NCBI GenBank assembly: GCA_951406725.2
Contig: OX597823.1
Coordinates: forward strand, 112,902,001-112,966,000
Direction of reading: 5' to 3'
Source: Octopus vulgaris
Lineage: Eukaryota
DNA: 64,000 bases
Below the pieces are notes generated by a model. It was not told the origin of the DNA. It ran no database searches and was given only the letters and a program-made list of their open reading frames with translations. Position 1 is the stretch's first letter, and each line of letters begins with the position of its first letter. Of this stretch, positions 13,337 to 26,232 are shown piece by piece. The translations under genes and the position numbers were made by a program.

Positions 13337-13920
13337 TGTGGTATATAACTCTTTTTAGTATAGAGGAAGAAAGTATATGTTACCTTCAAAGCTGATAACT
13401 CATTATGGAAGTTGTGTCCCGTACAAGCCCAGGTTGTACAAGACATTCCTAAACATAGTAATTTCCACAATATTTGGAATGGAAAAACATGGAGGAATAT
13501 GAAAGCCACATTAAATGATATCCGTTGTGATGTCGACCGCTAATTTGTGGTCACTCTCATGATGCAATGTAGTGAGCAGGGGATGAGTGATGCTTTTGGC
13601 GATGCATTGGAATGGCGAATATACAAGTCTTCATAACCCTGGACATAGAAAGCCTCTGAACAGGTAACATAACGAGGCAATCGGTGAGTTATTGCCTGAA
13701 TTGAATGCTAGGATGAAAGAACATTAGATTGATAATTCAGGTTAAAATATCCACCTGTTACGTGGATAGCAAGGAAAGCCAAGTTTTCAGCAAATTTTAG
13801 TGATCAGAATAGATTATTTTATTGATCCGTTTTACTGATTGGCTAATATGACATATTGAGACAATACATAATGTAACAACTAGTTTGTTTCAACCAGCCG
13901 TGTTGTGTGAAAGCAAAACC

Positions 13921-14350
13921 GGGATCTTTTCGGTTTGAACGGCAGTTTTTTCTGGCGGTGTCATATGAAATTGTCACCCATAATTATGACCCTAGTATCG
14001 ATCTATTGCATTTCTATCTGTTTTAGGGTTAGGGTTAGTTAAGGTTAGGGGTGGGGGGAAGGGTATATTTTTTTTCTTCACAAATGTAAATAAACCCAAT
14101 CTATTTCTTAAACGAGGGACATATTCATACGACACATAATGCTTTTTAACTCAATAGACGTCATTGATTGTTTGAAATTTCAGAAATTGAAGAAAAAAAC
14201 AACAACAAATATCTTACAAACTATAGAATTTTCTCAATAAAGCCAAGAGAAAAGGATGTTTTATAAACATTCTACCAGTATACGAAGTTTAAAATTTTTT
14301 AGTTACCTAGAAATGATGTTAAAAACTGCCGTTCAAACCAAATAGATCCC
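13921..14350. mobile_element. MITE with ~30-bp TIRs and internal TTAGGG repeats
   Basis: GGGATCTTTTCGGTTTGAACGGCAGTTTTT ... AAAAACTGCCGTTCAAACCAAATAGATCCC; flanked by CAAAAC(C)/CAAAAC(G), a probable TSD. Confidence 0.88.
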
Positions 14351-14670
14351 CAAAACGTACATAAATATCACACACACACACAGACATACACGCGCGCGCG
14401 CGTGTGCGACAAGGCTATGAATTGTTTGCGACTATAAAATTCTGCTGACAACGTATTAGTCAGAGCAGACCGCACTGTAGTAAGAAAGATGTATTTGCCA
14501 ATATAACGCGCAATGAGTACGAACCCGAAACCAAGTGGTTAAGCGAAATTCTTAGCCACAAGGCCATATATATGTGTTCATGTATGTTTAGCTGCATTTA
14601 TAGTTATAAATGTATAGGAATGTGTGTAGTCGCGCGCTTTCATACACACATGAATAGATAGAGAAACAAA

Positions 14671-15061
14671 AGCAGCAAGCAGGCAGAATCGTTAGCACGC
14701 CGGATGAAATGCTTAGCGGTATTTCGGCTGCCGCTACGTTCTGAGTTCAAATTCCGCCGAGGTCGGCTTTGCCTTTCATCCTCTCGGGGTCGATAAGTTA
14801 AGTACCAGTTACGCACTGGGGTTGATGTAATCGACTTAATCCCTTTGCCTGTCCTTGTTTGTCCTCTCTGTGTTTAGCCTCTTGTGAGTAGTAAAGAAAT
14901 AGGTATTTCGTCTGTCTTTACGTTCTGAGTGCAAATTCCGCCGAGGTCGACTTTGCCTCATCCTTTTGGGTTCGATAATGTTAGTAGCAATTGAACACCG
15001 GGGTCGATGCAATCGAATTACCCCTCTCCTAAAATTGTTGGCCCAGAGCCAAAATTTGAAA
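14671..15061 (+). mobile_element. Dimeric SINE A (full monomer plus 5'-truncated monomer with alternative tail)
   Basis: Core GTCGACTTTGCCTTTCATCC...GGTCGATAA occurs twice; junction at 14901/14902. Confidence 0.88.
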
Positions 15062-15234
15062 TTCGTATATACAAAAACTTACACATACACAAGGACACAC
15101 ACAAAGATTAATATGCACACGTAAATATATGTGTGAATGTCTTGATATATACGCTGGCAAGCGGGAGTGTATGTGTCTAGGTATGCATACATACAGGCTT
15201 GTCTACGTATGCCTGTTGGTGTGTGTAAATATTT

Positions 15235-15626
15235 GTGGCTGTCTGGTAAGAAGCGTGCTTCCCAGCCACATGGTTCTGTGTTCAGTCCCACTGCGTGACA
15301 ACTTGGGCAAATGTTTCCTACTATAGCTTCGAGTCGACCAAAGCTGTGTGAGAGGATTTGGTAGACAGAAACTGAAAGAAGCCCGTCGTATATATATGTA
15401 TATATATATTTGTGTGTGTTTGCGTCTTTGTCTGTGATTGTCCCCATCCACCATCACTTGAAAACCGAAGTTGGTGTGTTTATGTTCCTGAAACTTAGCG
15501 GTTCGACAAAATAAACCAATGGAAAAAGTACTAGGCTTACAAAAGTTAAGTTGTGGAGTCGATTTCTTCGACTAGAGGCGGTGTTCCAGCATGGCCGCAC
15601 TCAAATGACTAAAGCGCATAAAAGAG
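15235..15626 (+). mobile_element. SINE family B with internal (TA)/(TG) microsatellite
   Basis: GTGGCTGTCTGGTAAGAAG head, TTGGGCAAATGT, GAAACTGAAAGAAGCCCGTCG, tail CCAGCATGGCCGCA..CAAATGACT; five homologous copies in the window. Confidence 0.9.
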
Positions 15627-15760
15627 TACGCGCATGTATGCATGTAAGTATTCACACACACACACACTCTGACACACACACACACACACATACACTCACA
15701 CACACTCACACACACGAATACACACACACACACGTAAATATCAATCTATATGTGTATAAA

Positions 15761-15974
15761 GGCGGCGAGCTGGCAGAATCGTTAGCACGCCGGGCGAAAT
15801 GCTTAGCAGTATTAGGCCTGCCGCTACGTTCTGAGTTCAAATTCCGCCGAGGTCGACTTTGCCTTTCATTTTTTAGGGGTCGATAAATTAAGTATCAGTT
15901 GCGTATTGAAGTCGATGTAATCGACTGCCTCCCCCCACACCAAAATTTTCAGGCCTTGTGCCTAGAGTAGAAAA
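15761..15974 (+). mobile_element. SINE A with tail type 2 (…GCCTTGTGCCTAGAGTAGAAAA)
   Basis: GGCGGCGAGCTGGCAGAATCG head, B box GAGTTCAAATTCC; TSD-like CAATCTAT..GTGTATAAA on both sides. Confidence 0.9.
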
Positions 15975-16087
15975 CAATCTATGTGTGTGCGTGTGTGTAT
16001 AAAGGTTTAAAGCATCCCACACACGCCGTGAGATACACGAATACATTGATATGTGTGAATGTATGCATGTATATATGAAACTCATGC

Positions 16088-16317
16088 CGAGAGTGTAATT
16101 CAGCAGGAGGACTTAAACGACATGCAAAGGTACATGAAGCCCAGTTACAACTACAGCCGGCTATTACCAGTAAAGGTTTTAGTTGCCAATTCTGTACAAG
16201 ACATTGTAGATCTTTACCTGGGCTAAAAAGTCACATTCGATCACAGCACCAGTAACAGTTAAGCTTCGTGCAATGGCCATACTCGATAACGAATGAGCAG
16301 CCATAATAATAATAATA
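16088..16317 (+). mobile_element. 5'-truncated RTE-type LINE 3' end encoding C2H2 zinc fingers, with (ATA)n tail and 39-bp direct repeat
   Basis: 16085-16255 reads CRECNSAGGLKRHAKVH...FSCQFCTRHCRSLPGLKSHIRSQHQ*; direct repeats at 16049-16087 and 16318-16356. Confidence 0.75.
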
Positions 16318-17503
16318 ATATGTGTGTATGTATGCATGTATATATGAAACTCATGCATACAAACAAGTAAGCTCTTGTGTGTTGGTAAGTAAATAGGATT
16401 ATATGCATGTGGCTTGTCCATTTATCTTATACATGAGACCAATGCGTTTCAGTACATTTACAGCCATTCTAAAACATGCCCCAGTCACTTACGCTAGGAC
16501 AATTAACCGACAACCTTTTTTCATCAGAACAATAACACGCACGCACACACACACACACACACCACTACCATCATTACCATCACCACCATAACCACTGTCG
16601 TCGCCGGCACCACCACTGCTGCCATCACCATCACCATCACCCACCCGACGCCACACATACAAATGCAGACCAATATCCACGCAGTTGTCTTTATTTACTA
16701 ACAAGCGAGTGGATAAATCCATTAACCGGACAACCTACAACTGCAACTGTTATTTAGAAATTATTCATTTATATTTATATTTATTCATGTACTTATTCAA
16801 AGACTTAATCATGTTTACCCATACTCTTAATCAATTAAAGTCTGACCACTTCCAATGCCACAATACCGATATTTATTCGAATCCATTCAATTGAGTGCTC
16901 ATCTCTTGGTCTTCTTATTTTACTTCTATTTTCTCTTCTTCATAGAAACACTTATTTACCCAACCATCTCGGTACATCACTACTTATCGTTTCACACAGA
17001 CCACAACAGCAATGCAATCATTTGCCACACTTAATGACACCATACTAGCCATCAAACTCAACTTACTGGTATGTCACTATCATAGCACACCTACAGCACT
17101 CCCGTTCCATCGAATTAGGAATTTCCTCTATCACAATTATCAGTTGCTATATTTTCCAGAGGAAATTCAATTCCGTATAAATATTATAATATAATTATTT
17201 AATTCTTCAAGCTCTCCACATGCTGAAGAATCGCGCGACGTATGTGACAGTCAATGAAATATATTGATATTTGCATGTTGTTATGTAGTTAAAATGTTAT
17301 GGACCAATTTTCTACATTAATAGCAATCGAAGACGACAATATCTGTAAGATTTTCTGATAAAGTGAAACGTTACCTTCATTTATCAAAATGCTATCAAAT
17401 TAATTAATTTACAGAAGGACTGTTCTCATCAATGAAAATGCAATTTTAATCAATTAAAACGCCCACTTTACTATTAGGTTCCCCAGCAGCAGCAGCAGCA
17501 GTA

Positions 17504-17538
<35 letters not shown>

Positions 17539-18130
17539 TGTTCTTGGGTATTTTTACAAAGTTAGTTTCTTAATTGCTTCTATTTTGACTTTGTTTAATA
17601 TGCAGTTTGGTCTTTTTCCCTGCAAACAATTGCTTTAAGTTTCTGAGACATGCAGCGCCCTCTAATCTTTCCAGTAACTTCGAGACATGATTTAAAGTAA
17701 GTTTGTTCGCTTCAAAATGCAAACCTGGCATAAATTCGTAACAGATACTGGACACAACTAAAAGCACCGAAGAACCTGATAGATGCATTGAAGTGGACGA
17801 TAGATTAAATGTACAAACCGAATAAACGAACGCGAACGATCTTCCCGACAAACTTTCTTCGATTTTTCGTTGAATATTTCTCTAACAATACTATGAGCAT
17901 CCTGAAAATATTGTAAATAAAACAATTGTTTAAGGTGCTGCGTAATTGTATTGAACCCCAAACCATATAATTACGAATATATCTTCTTAAGCATATAGCA
18001 ATGCTATGTGTGCGACAAGAGAGTTAAAGCTGTTTTAGTCTAGTGTATTAATGGAGAATAACAGAAAAGTAGTTTATATTGAATGGCGTTATGCGAAGTA
18101 AGCTCTATACATGCTAATACTATTGAGAAG

Positions 18131-19722
18131 AGCATTATATCTTCTCTACTAACAAACTGGAGAGCTAAAAAGTGAGAACAATCTAAAAATGAAAAGAAAA
18201 AGGACAAGGATTATCAATGTTCAAATAAAGAATTCGATAATCTTCATGGTTTAATATCTATATTGTTCAAAAATGGTGTATGTAGCTAGCTGTAATTTGT
18301 TACCAGATCTGTGGTGTAATGCACGGTGTGCTTCAAAGTGTGAATTCCGTTATTTCCCCATAAATATTTTATCTTCCACTGTTTCTGCTTGATCTAGAAG
18401 TGTACCGCATTTTGCGGTTGTTTGTATGATTTGTTGCTGTTCCTCATGTTATCGCAATGGGTACCACACTCTCGCATATTGTGTGGTGTTTCTCACGTTC
18501 TAACTGAATATGTGGTGTGCTAATTGACAGTGTGGTGGGAAGCTGTTTGCCGTGAAATGTGTGATGTCGTTCTTTGGTAATAATATTTAGTATACCGCTG
18601 TTTGTACCTTAATGTGTACTGCGTTCTGAAATAATGTATGGTCTTCCGCAGTTTCTAGTTGAACATCTAATGTGCCGCAGTTTGTAGCAGAAAAAGTGAG
18701 TGGAAAAAGCCTATTAGAACAGCTGCTGCAGCAATAAAGCTGTTTCTACTGTGCTTGGTGATGTATGATTTATATCCTACTTCGATTATATATTTAATAA
18801 CGACTGAGAATCGACCGGAAAATATCGGTAATAAATCGCCAAAAAGTCCTGCATAAAAACATGGCTTCCAGTGTCAAAATCGAATACAGTATTGCACGTG
18901 ACGTATATAAATTGCAAGACAAAAGTTGCGCATGACTCAGATAAGGATTCGTTCATTTTATCATTCTGAAAGGAATATAACAAAATGTTGTTTTATTTTA
19001 CTTTGAGTCTTAGTGGTAGTATGTGCTTTGGCGAAATGAGAAAAAATTCTTTTGTTTTTCTTTGCTTCTGCTCTCTATCTTTGTGACATGTACGCTTCAT
19101 CATGAAACAGACACTTTTCTTTGCCAACATATTAAATTCTTTTTATCCTTAGGATTTTTGGTTTTCTGCTTTGTCTTGGGAGAAGAAAGAAGAGAAATTG
19201 ATATGATTTCGCAGAATGTTTGATGTTGATGTCTTATCAAAGTATCATTTGTTAGAAAATAGAGCCTGCTTTAGATTAAAAATTATGCCTATCCATTGTG
19301 GGTTTCTAGCTTCATTCTTTATGTTTGTGTTGTAGAATATTTCAGGAACCTGAAAAAAGCACAACAATCACCGCTCAAAAATTTTAGCAAACGATAATAT
19401 TTCTTCTTTTACCTTTTAACACCAAATCTCCTTTATGTATATATTTTAGTGGACTGTAAAAATGAGTACACACATATTCAGAAACACGCAAATAGATAGA
19501 AGTATGTATATGTACATGATGAGTGCGTGTATGTGTATTTATATTTGTATGCATATGTGTGTATAGGTTTCTATACGAATGCATTTTTATGCACAGTCGG
19601 AGAAAGCATTATATCTTCTCTACTAACAAACTCGAGAGAACAATCTAAAAGTGAGAACAATCTACAAATGAAAAGAAAAAGGACAAGGATTATCAATGTT
19701 CAAATAAAGAATTCGATAATCT
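18131..19722. repeat. ~115-bp direct repeat pair ~1.47 kb apart
   Basis: AGCATTATATCTTCTCTACTAACAAACT...GAATTCGATAATCTT at ~18131-18245 and ~19604-19723. Confidence 0.85.
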
Positions 19723-20714
19723 TTATCAGTGCAAATTATATTTATGGGAAACCAGCAGTTGGACATCCCAGATATATTTGCCTTCCGTCAAGAGATTTAG
19801 GGATCCTGAAAGATTTGAAAAGTATGAAGCCTCACTAATGGAGGTAGTTGGCCGATACTTCTCATCTCCGGTTAAGAAAGCTTCAGGTTGTTTCAAAATC
19901 TACAATTTTTCGCTGTCTTTTGATTTCATCCATTTGGGTTGTCGAAGGAAGAGATTGATATCATATCTTTCTAGACACATATAACCACTTTCAATGCTGT
20001 TCAGAGTTACACTTAGAAACATACAGCCGCATATATCATATATACACACACGCATATAATCGATCTTTTAGGTAATGTACTAGATAATATTGTTTACGAA
20101 AGAGAGGTGATTGTTATTACTCAGTAACCAATATTTTAGATTGTGTAAAAGCAGTATTGAAAGAATACCAAAGAGAGAAAATTGCTTGTGGCATTTGGTA
20201 ATGTTCCTTCAAATTTCGTTTGGCATTCAAATCAACGCAGTTCCCTTATTCTTTTATACTTTATCCTCCCTTTGGCCCCAATCCTATGTCGACTGGCTAT
20301 GGTGAAAGAGTTTGTATTGTGGACAACATTGAAAGACCTGAGGACAGATACTTTCTTGTTCGGCCCAACACTCATCGATTTGTTCATGATTTGCTTTGAG
20401 CAGAATTATAGAGAAATTTGGCGAATGTTTAGGTGAGATTATCAGGAGTAGCACATATAAATGTGTCTATTCTCTCTATGTATCTGTTACCTCAGGAATA
20501 CAGCTGGAAGAGTTGCATTACTCTTGGCTTTGGTAATCAAAGTAATCTTTATTGGGCCATTTCATTGGCTTCACATTCACATGCTGTTGTTTTCTCTCTT
20601 TTTGTTCTTTTTGGTAATTAGTTCCATAGAATTCCTAACTTTTTCGAAATATGTTCGTGAAATGTCAACTCATCTGACACACATTTGGTAAATAAAGAAA
20701 TCTATCATCATTAT

Positions 20715-20930
20715 CAGGAACTGGCAAGATTGTTACTGCGCAAAGACAAAATGCTTAGCATTTCTTCAGACTTCTCTTAGATCTGAGTTCAAATGCTGCC
20801 GAGTTTACCTTTGCCTTTCATCCTTCCGGGGTCATTAAAATAAGTATCCGTTCGGTATTTGATCCCAATAGAATCGACTTCTCCACCCTTAAAATTATTG
20901 ACCAGGTGCCAAAATTAGAAGGAATCATTT
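20715..20930 (+). mobile_element. Degenerate SINE A
   Basis: CTGGCAAGATTGTTA..AATGCTTAGC..CTGAGTTCAAAT..TTTGCCTTTCATCCTTCCGGGGTC. Confidence 0.75.
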
Positions 20931-23900
20931 TGTCGTTGTTCCTTAACATGTCGCAATTTTAGTTGTTTTGTTTTTCACTAACAAGCTATCTTTTGCATAT
21001 TAACAATGTCCCAAACCTAACCACAGCTGCGTTATTTTTAAGTTCACTGAGAAATTGATGGCATCATAAATGCGTGCTTATATTGATAACTTGTTTGCTT
21101 GCTTATCGAAGGACGTAAAACACAGTTCTTCGTCCGCCATCAAGGCAGTTAGAGATATCAGAGATGTTGAATCCTTGAAATCTAATTTTTCACAATATTC
21201 TCCCTTTGATATCTTATTCTAGTTATTGTGTATTTTATCATGATTCTTATTTTTTACGTGCCTATATTTGTGCCATCAAATTTCAAAATCATTCATCCAT
21301 ACATCTTTAACGTCTTTCACTGCATAATTGTAAATGAATTGGGCCAGATTATAGCTGTGATTTGTGAACGGTTTCAGTGTCGAGGAGTAAGCAATTCGTA
21401 CTCCTTAATTAATCACTTCTGAATGAGGTTGTGTTCATCGAATTGCGCTCATTCTTTGTCATTATTTCGTTATAGGTTAGCCCCCCCCCCAAATAAAATG
21501 GAGGTCAGTACTCATAAACTTTGCAAGTTTACTTAAAATGGCTTGAAGCAGTTGATGCCCAGTCAAAATATCTGCAAATCAATGCCTGTAGAATAGACAT
21601 GGTTGGACAGAGAATCAAAATTCTGTTTTCCATAGAGTAAACTCCAATAACACTTAAGGGCAAAATGGGGCAACATGATGCTCTATGGTGGTAACAGATC
21701 AGTAATTACATGTGGCGGCACAAGAGGGAGATCAACATGAGGCAAGATGTTGATGATTACTTAAATGTGATATTTAAAAATAACCAACCGGCTTATGTTA
21801 AATAACCGGCCATACACAAGACAGCCATCTCAATCATCACATGTACTCTGGTTGAAATGGCGGATCACTTCAAAGAGCAACAGCAGTAGTAGTTGTAGTA
21901 GCAATAGCAGCAGCACTGTAAAATTGATGGGAATGCAACTACAATCCTTGTTATTGCCAGTAGAGATTTTGCTGGAGCCAAGATTGATATCAATAAATCG
22001 TTTTCTCCTATGGATTTCATGTTTTTATATACGTAAAAATATGCGCCCACGATAGAATTATCAAGGTCTTACATCTACTTTAGAAAGTTTCAGCTCAATG
22101 AATCTCACAAGTATGAAAGGGTCTATGAAGGTCAGGAGTACTGTTCGCTTCCTCCTTGATTAATTTTTTAAAAATGGAAATCTTCAACTCACTCAGGTAT
22201 ATTTGTTCCACTGTCACAACAACTAAATTATTACTGCCTGTATAAACGACACTAAAAGACACTTAACTACATTGAATTAAAACCGCTTAAGAATACATCA
22301 GACATCAATTTTATGTGATATCGACAGTCATTCTAAAATGGCTGCCTAAAGACAGTTATATTGATCAGATAAACTGCCAGCAGATAATAACTGTATTAAC
22401 AACAAACTAATGTTGAAAACTGACTATTTCGTTTTGATTTCTATCTTTCTTTTTGATTCTTTGAAAAATTATTTTGAGTGTTTTCATTTCTCTGTACTAT
22501 ATTAATTTTTTTACTGTTGATAATTTCTGATTCTGGTATTTTTTTCCTTTTTAATGCTATTCTCTTTTTTTTTTGTTTAATGTCATTTTATATTTTTTCT
22601 TCTGAAAGCAAAATGTTTCTTTCATCAGGGAAAAGCTATTAAGCAGCAATATATTATAGAAACATTATAAAACATAAACGAAATATATAATGACAGATAG
22701 AGGTAGTGATGAATATATAGAAAGGGAGAGAGTGAGTGACAGATACAAAAAGAGACAGAGAGAAAGCGAAAAAATCATTAGGGAAAATAATCCATTAAAT
22801 GTATTTTCTTTTTCCTGCTGTAACTCTGAAGTTGAGAGTATTTATTGATAATGTTAGCTAAGCTGGTTACTTTTGACTGAGCTTAGCTTAAGGAGGAACA
22901 ATAAGAGACTACCTTAGGCATAGGAGTAGTTAAAAGCGACAACTTTTTATTATTCAACAAACATAAAAACAGCGTTATATAAAATTATATTACTGGTATA
23001 CGTTTCATCAGGTTAAAGTGGGAATAAAATGGCTTCTAAAGGGACAGCAACATGACCAATGGTCAATGCAGTATGTGCTTTTATGAGATTCTACCCTAGT
23101 TTCTGGCATAGTACATTTGGGGCTGTCAGGAAAGAGAGGGGTTAATAATAGCTACGATGCTTTTAAACACGAGTCTACTCAATGATGGTAGATCTGAAGT
23201 TAAACAACAAAAACAAGAAGAACAACAGCAACGACAACGGCGACGACGACGTCAATGACAACAACAACGACATCATCAACAACAACGAACCTATTACAGT
23301 ATATTACATGTTCATTCTTCATGCGTCTGTGGTGAATTCAGCCATGGATTCAACTAAGATTGAATACCGATAAAATTCAGATTTAAAATAGTGACCATTC
23401 ATAGTTCAACAATATAGAAAATGAATGAAATCTGGTGAATATAAACCCTCAGCTTAGAATAAAACATATCCTGGTGATATATTAAATAAATTTGATTCCG
23501 TTGTTACTAATTAATAGCACCCGCATCGCAGGTAACGATGAAATAGATCTATAGTAAAAGGTAGGCCAACCGTGACAATCTCATTTAAAAAACAAACGAA
23601 GCAATATTTTGAATAACAAAAAATTATACATCATTATTCTAAATACATTCTTTTTCCCATTTTAAGTCAGTAAGATGTAATATAGAGAATTGTTTGTTCA
23701 TTCGAGTATACCACGTGAGCAAACACGGTCGTTTGTTTCAGTGGATAATTAACGTGTGATGAATGGACTGACAGGGACACGTCTGCGTATATTTTGTTGT
23801 CTCAAATTGGTTCTTCTTACCAGTATAACCGAATATGAAATACACACTGCTAAAACTAGTTTGGATACCAAGTTAAACCGTCATGCCTTTTAAAACTACC

Positions 23901-24369
23901 ACCATGGCTGCCATGACCACCGCCCTTTTCACGGCCGCTGCCATCCCCACCAGCACCACAAACAGCCACCATATATTCATCAACTCCACTTTTAGCATGA
24001 AAACAACAGTTAGAAGAATTTGGACGAAGTCTCGAGTCTAAGAATGTCTCGATACGATATATTTCCAACAACAATAACATACGGGCCTTTTGTTTTCTTT
24101 TTCACTTCTCGCCAGTTTACAGATGGTGTCTTTACTTTCCTATTTAAATCTCCTCGCAAACGAACCCTTCAGAGCAGAAGAATTTCGTCCACCAAACGAA
24201 GGCCAGGGTGCGGCGAATTAACTGTCGTCTAAATTAGGAAAAAATGAAAATAACACTGACATCTCATTTTAACAGATATATTTACAAAATTACAGAAAAA
24301 TATTGTTTTTCAGATAAACCGACATCTGTCTGTTCAATGAAGACTTCAAAACTAATTAGTAGCGACTCA

Positions 24370-24670
24370 ATTCAGCATCGTAGTGTTATCAAATGGACAA
24401 AAAGAGTTTAGCCCTCAAAAACATTCATCCACCACATACTTGCTATATCAGAGAAAGATGCGCCAGCCTTATTAACAATGTAAACGTGAACACTTTAATT
24501 TTGAAGGGGAAGCGAGTGTTTTGAAGATGGCCCAAGGTCTGGATACCCTGCAGCTTTCACCACTAAGGAAAACACTGAGCGTGTTCACCACCCGGTGATG
24601 GATAACAGGAAATTGACTATAAATCAAATAGCTAATATCATTAGCATATCCTGCGAGAGAGTTGAGAATT
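24370..24670 (+). pseudogene. Mariner transposase N-terminal remnant
   Basis: QHRSVIK...FEDGPRSGYPAAFTTKENTERVHHPVMDNRKLTINQIANIISIS matches the mariner D..RSGRP / DRR.T..EIA HTH region. Confidence 0.8.
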
Positions 24671-25248
24671 TACCATGTAAATATGACGTTTCAAAAACTC
24701 GCCTTTCTTTTGCGGTTCCGTGTATATGTATATATACGTATGTATGTTGACATCGGTGCAGGCCATAGCGATTTTAAAAGAGAATGTTTTGTATTGTGAC
24801 ACCATTGCTGCGGAGTTCATTTATCTGTAAGTAGCCGGCAGCAGTGCTATAATTTAGTGCAGCTGTACCAGTGGAGTTGTTGTTGTTGCTGTTGTTATTG
24901 TTGTTAAAGCTCCAGATTACCTATAAATCTATGGATGCATCGTGGATAGATTTGCCGTTGTGACCACATTCTTCTTACCTTGAGATTTTCGTATCAAAAG
25001 CTTCTTATCCAGTGAGCCTGTCCTCTTTTACCTTTTTGAAAATATTGGATATGATAGGAAGGGGATTTGTTTTCTATTTGGAGTAACGACACAGATGCCC
25101 TTTTTAGGAATCGACTTGTTATTTTTTGGCTTATCGATACGAGTATAATCCCACCAGCCAAAATCGATCTTAGTACTAGGCAAGCGTGTAAACCAAGTGA
25201 AATCTGCTTTAGGTTTATCTCATTTCTATATACGACCATTGATTGAGT

Positions 25249-25351
25249 GGCAGCGAGCGGGGCAGAATCGTGAGCACACCGGGCAAACCGCATCGCGGTA
25301 CTTCCTCCGGCTCCTCACGTTCTGAGTTCAAATTCCGCCGACGTCGACTTT
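25249..25351 (+). mobile_element. SINE A 5' half, truncated where a family C-like SINE begins
   Basis: GGCAGCGAGCGGGGCAGAATCG...GAGTTCAAATTCCGCCGACGTCGACTTT. Confidence 0.8.
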
Positions 25352-25354
25352 ATA

Positions 25355-25658
25355 GTGGAAGCAGATGGCCTAGTGGTTAGAACAGCGGACTCGCGGTCGA
25401 GGGATGGCGGGTTCGAATCTCAGACCGGGTAATGTGTGTGTTTATGAGCGAAACACCTAAGCTTCACGCGGCTCCGGCTGAAGATAATGGCGAAACTTCT
25501 GCTGACTCTTTCGCCACAACTTTCTCTGACTCTTTCCTCCTGCATCTTGCAGCTCACCTGCGACGGACCGGCGTCGCGTCCAGGTGGGGAACCTATATGC
25601 CAAGGAAACCGGGAAACCGGCCCTTATGAGCCAGGCAGGGCTCGAGAAGGAACAAACA
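25355..25658 (+). mobile_element. SINE with family C-type head and a different 3' half
   Basis: Aligns to family C up to CACAACTTTCTCT (~25530), then continues GCGACGGACCGGCGTCGCGTCCAGG...GGAAACCGG...TATGAGCC. Confidence 0.8.
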
Positions 25659-26232
25659 TTGATTGAGTGCATGAGTTCACATGATGGAAAGAAAAATATT
25701 TACATGGAGTCGAATCAAAATGTAGCTCCTACCCTTAAAGTAATGCCAATAAGAATGAAAGGAGAAAATTTCCCCGGTGGGTAGATTACTGACTGGCCAT
25801 TTGCCCTTCGGTCCTTTTCTATACGTTGATTGGTAACGTGTCGTGACGTTCTGACCCACATATTCCATGCAGGTTACGTCAAGCTGGACATAATTTGAAC
25901 TAAGAATCCAATGGAATGCAAGCAAGCATTTTAGAAGAGCTCACGGAAGAGTTCACCAAGCGTACTCTTTGCCGTAGGATGTGAAAGCATTTAACGTCTC
26001 GTGCATCTACTTCAAATGTTCTTTTGCAGACGTAAAATATGCTAACGTCTTCAGGATTCTTTTTTTTACATTACAATTTAAACATTGTAGAAGTGATATA
26101 CACACAATGAACGTTAATTAATTATATCTGGAAGGAACGTACATCAACATTACTATAGGACCTATAACTAAAACAACTGCACCTTACTGTGATTCTTGTT
26201 CAGAATTACGTAAATGATATTTGTCGTTATTT

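Noticed and set aside
14023-14050. TTAGGG repeats as telomere or fusion scar
   Set aside because: Only 2-3 units and internal to a MITE
17700-18130. Protein-like reading on the plus strand
   Set aside because: Many stops and no recognisable motif
20290-20600. Possible LINE CCHC remnant on minus (ECWAEQESICPQVFQCCP)
   Set aside because: Motif incomplete; cannot be supported without a search
21540-22040. Possible decayed polyQ pseudogene
   Set aside because: Multiple stops and no identifiable family
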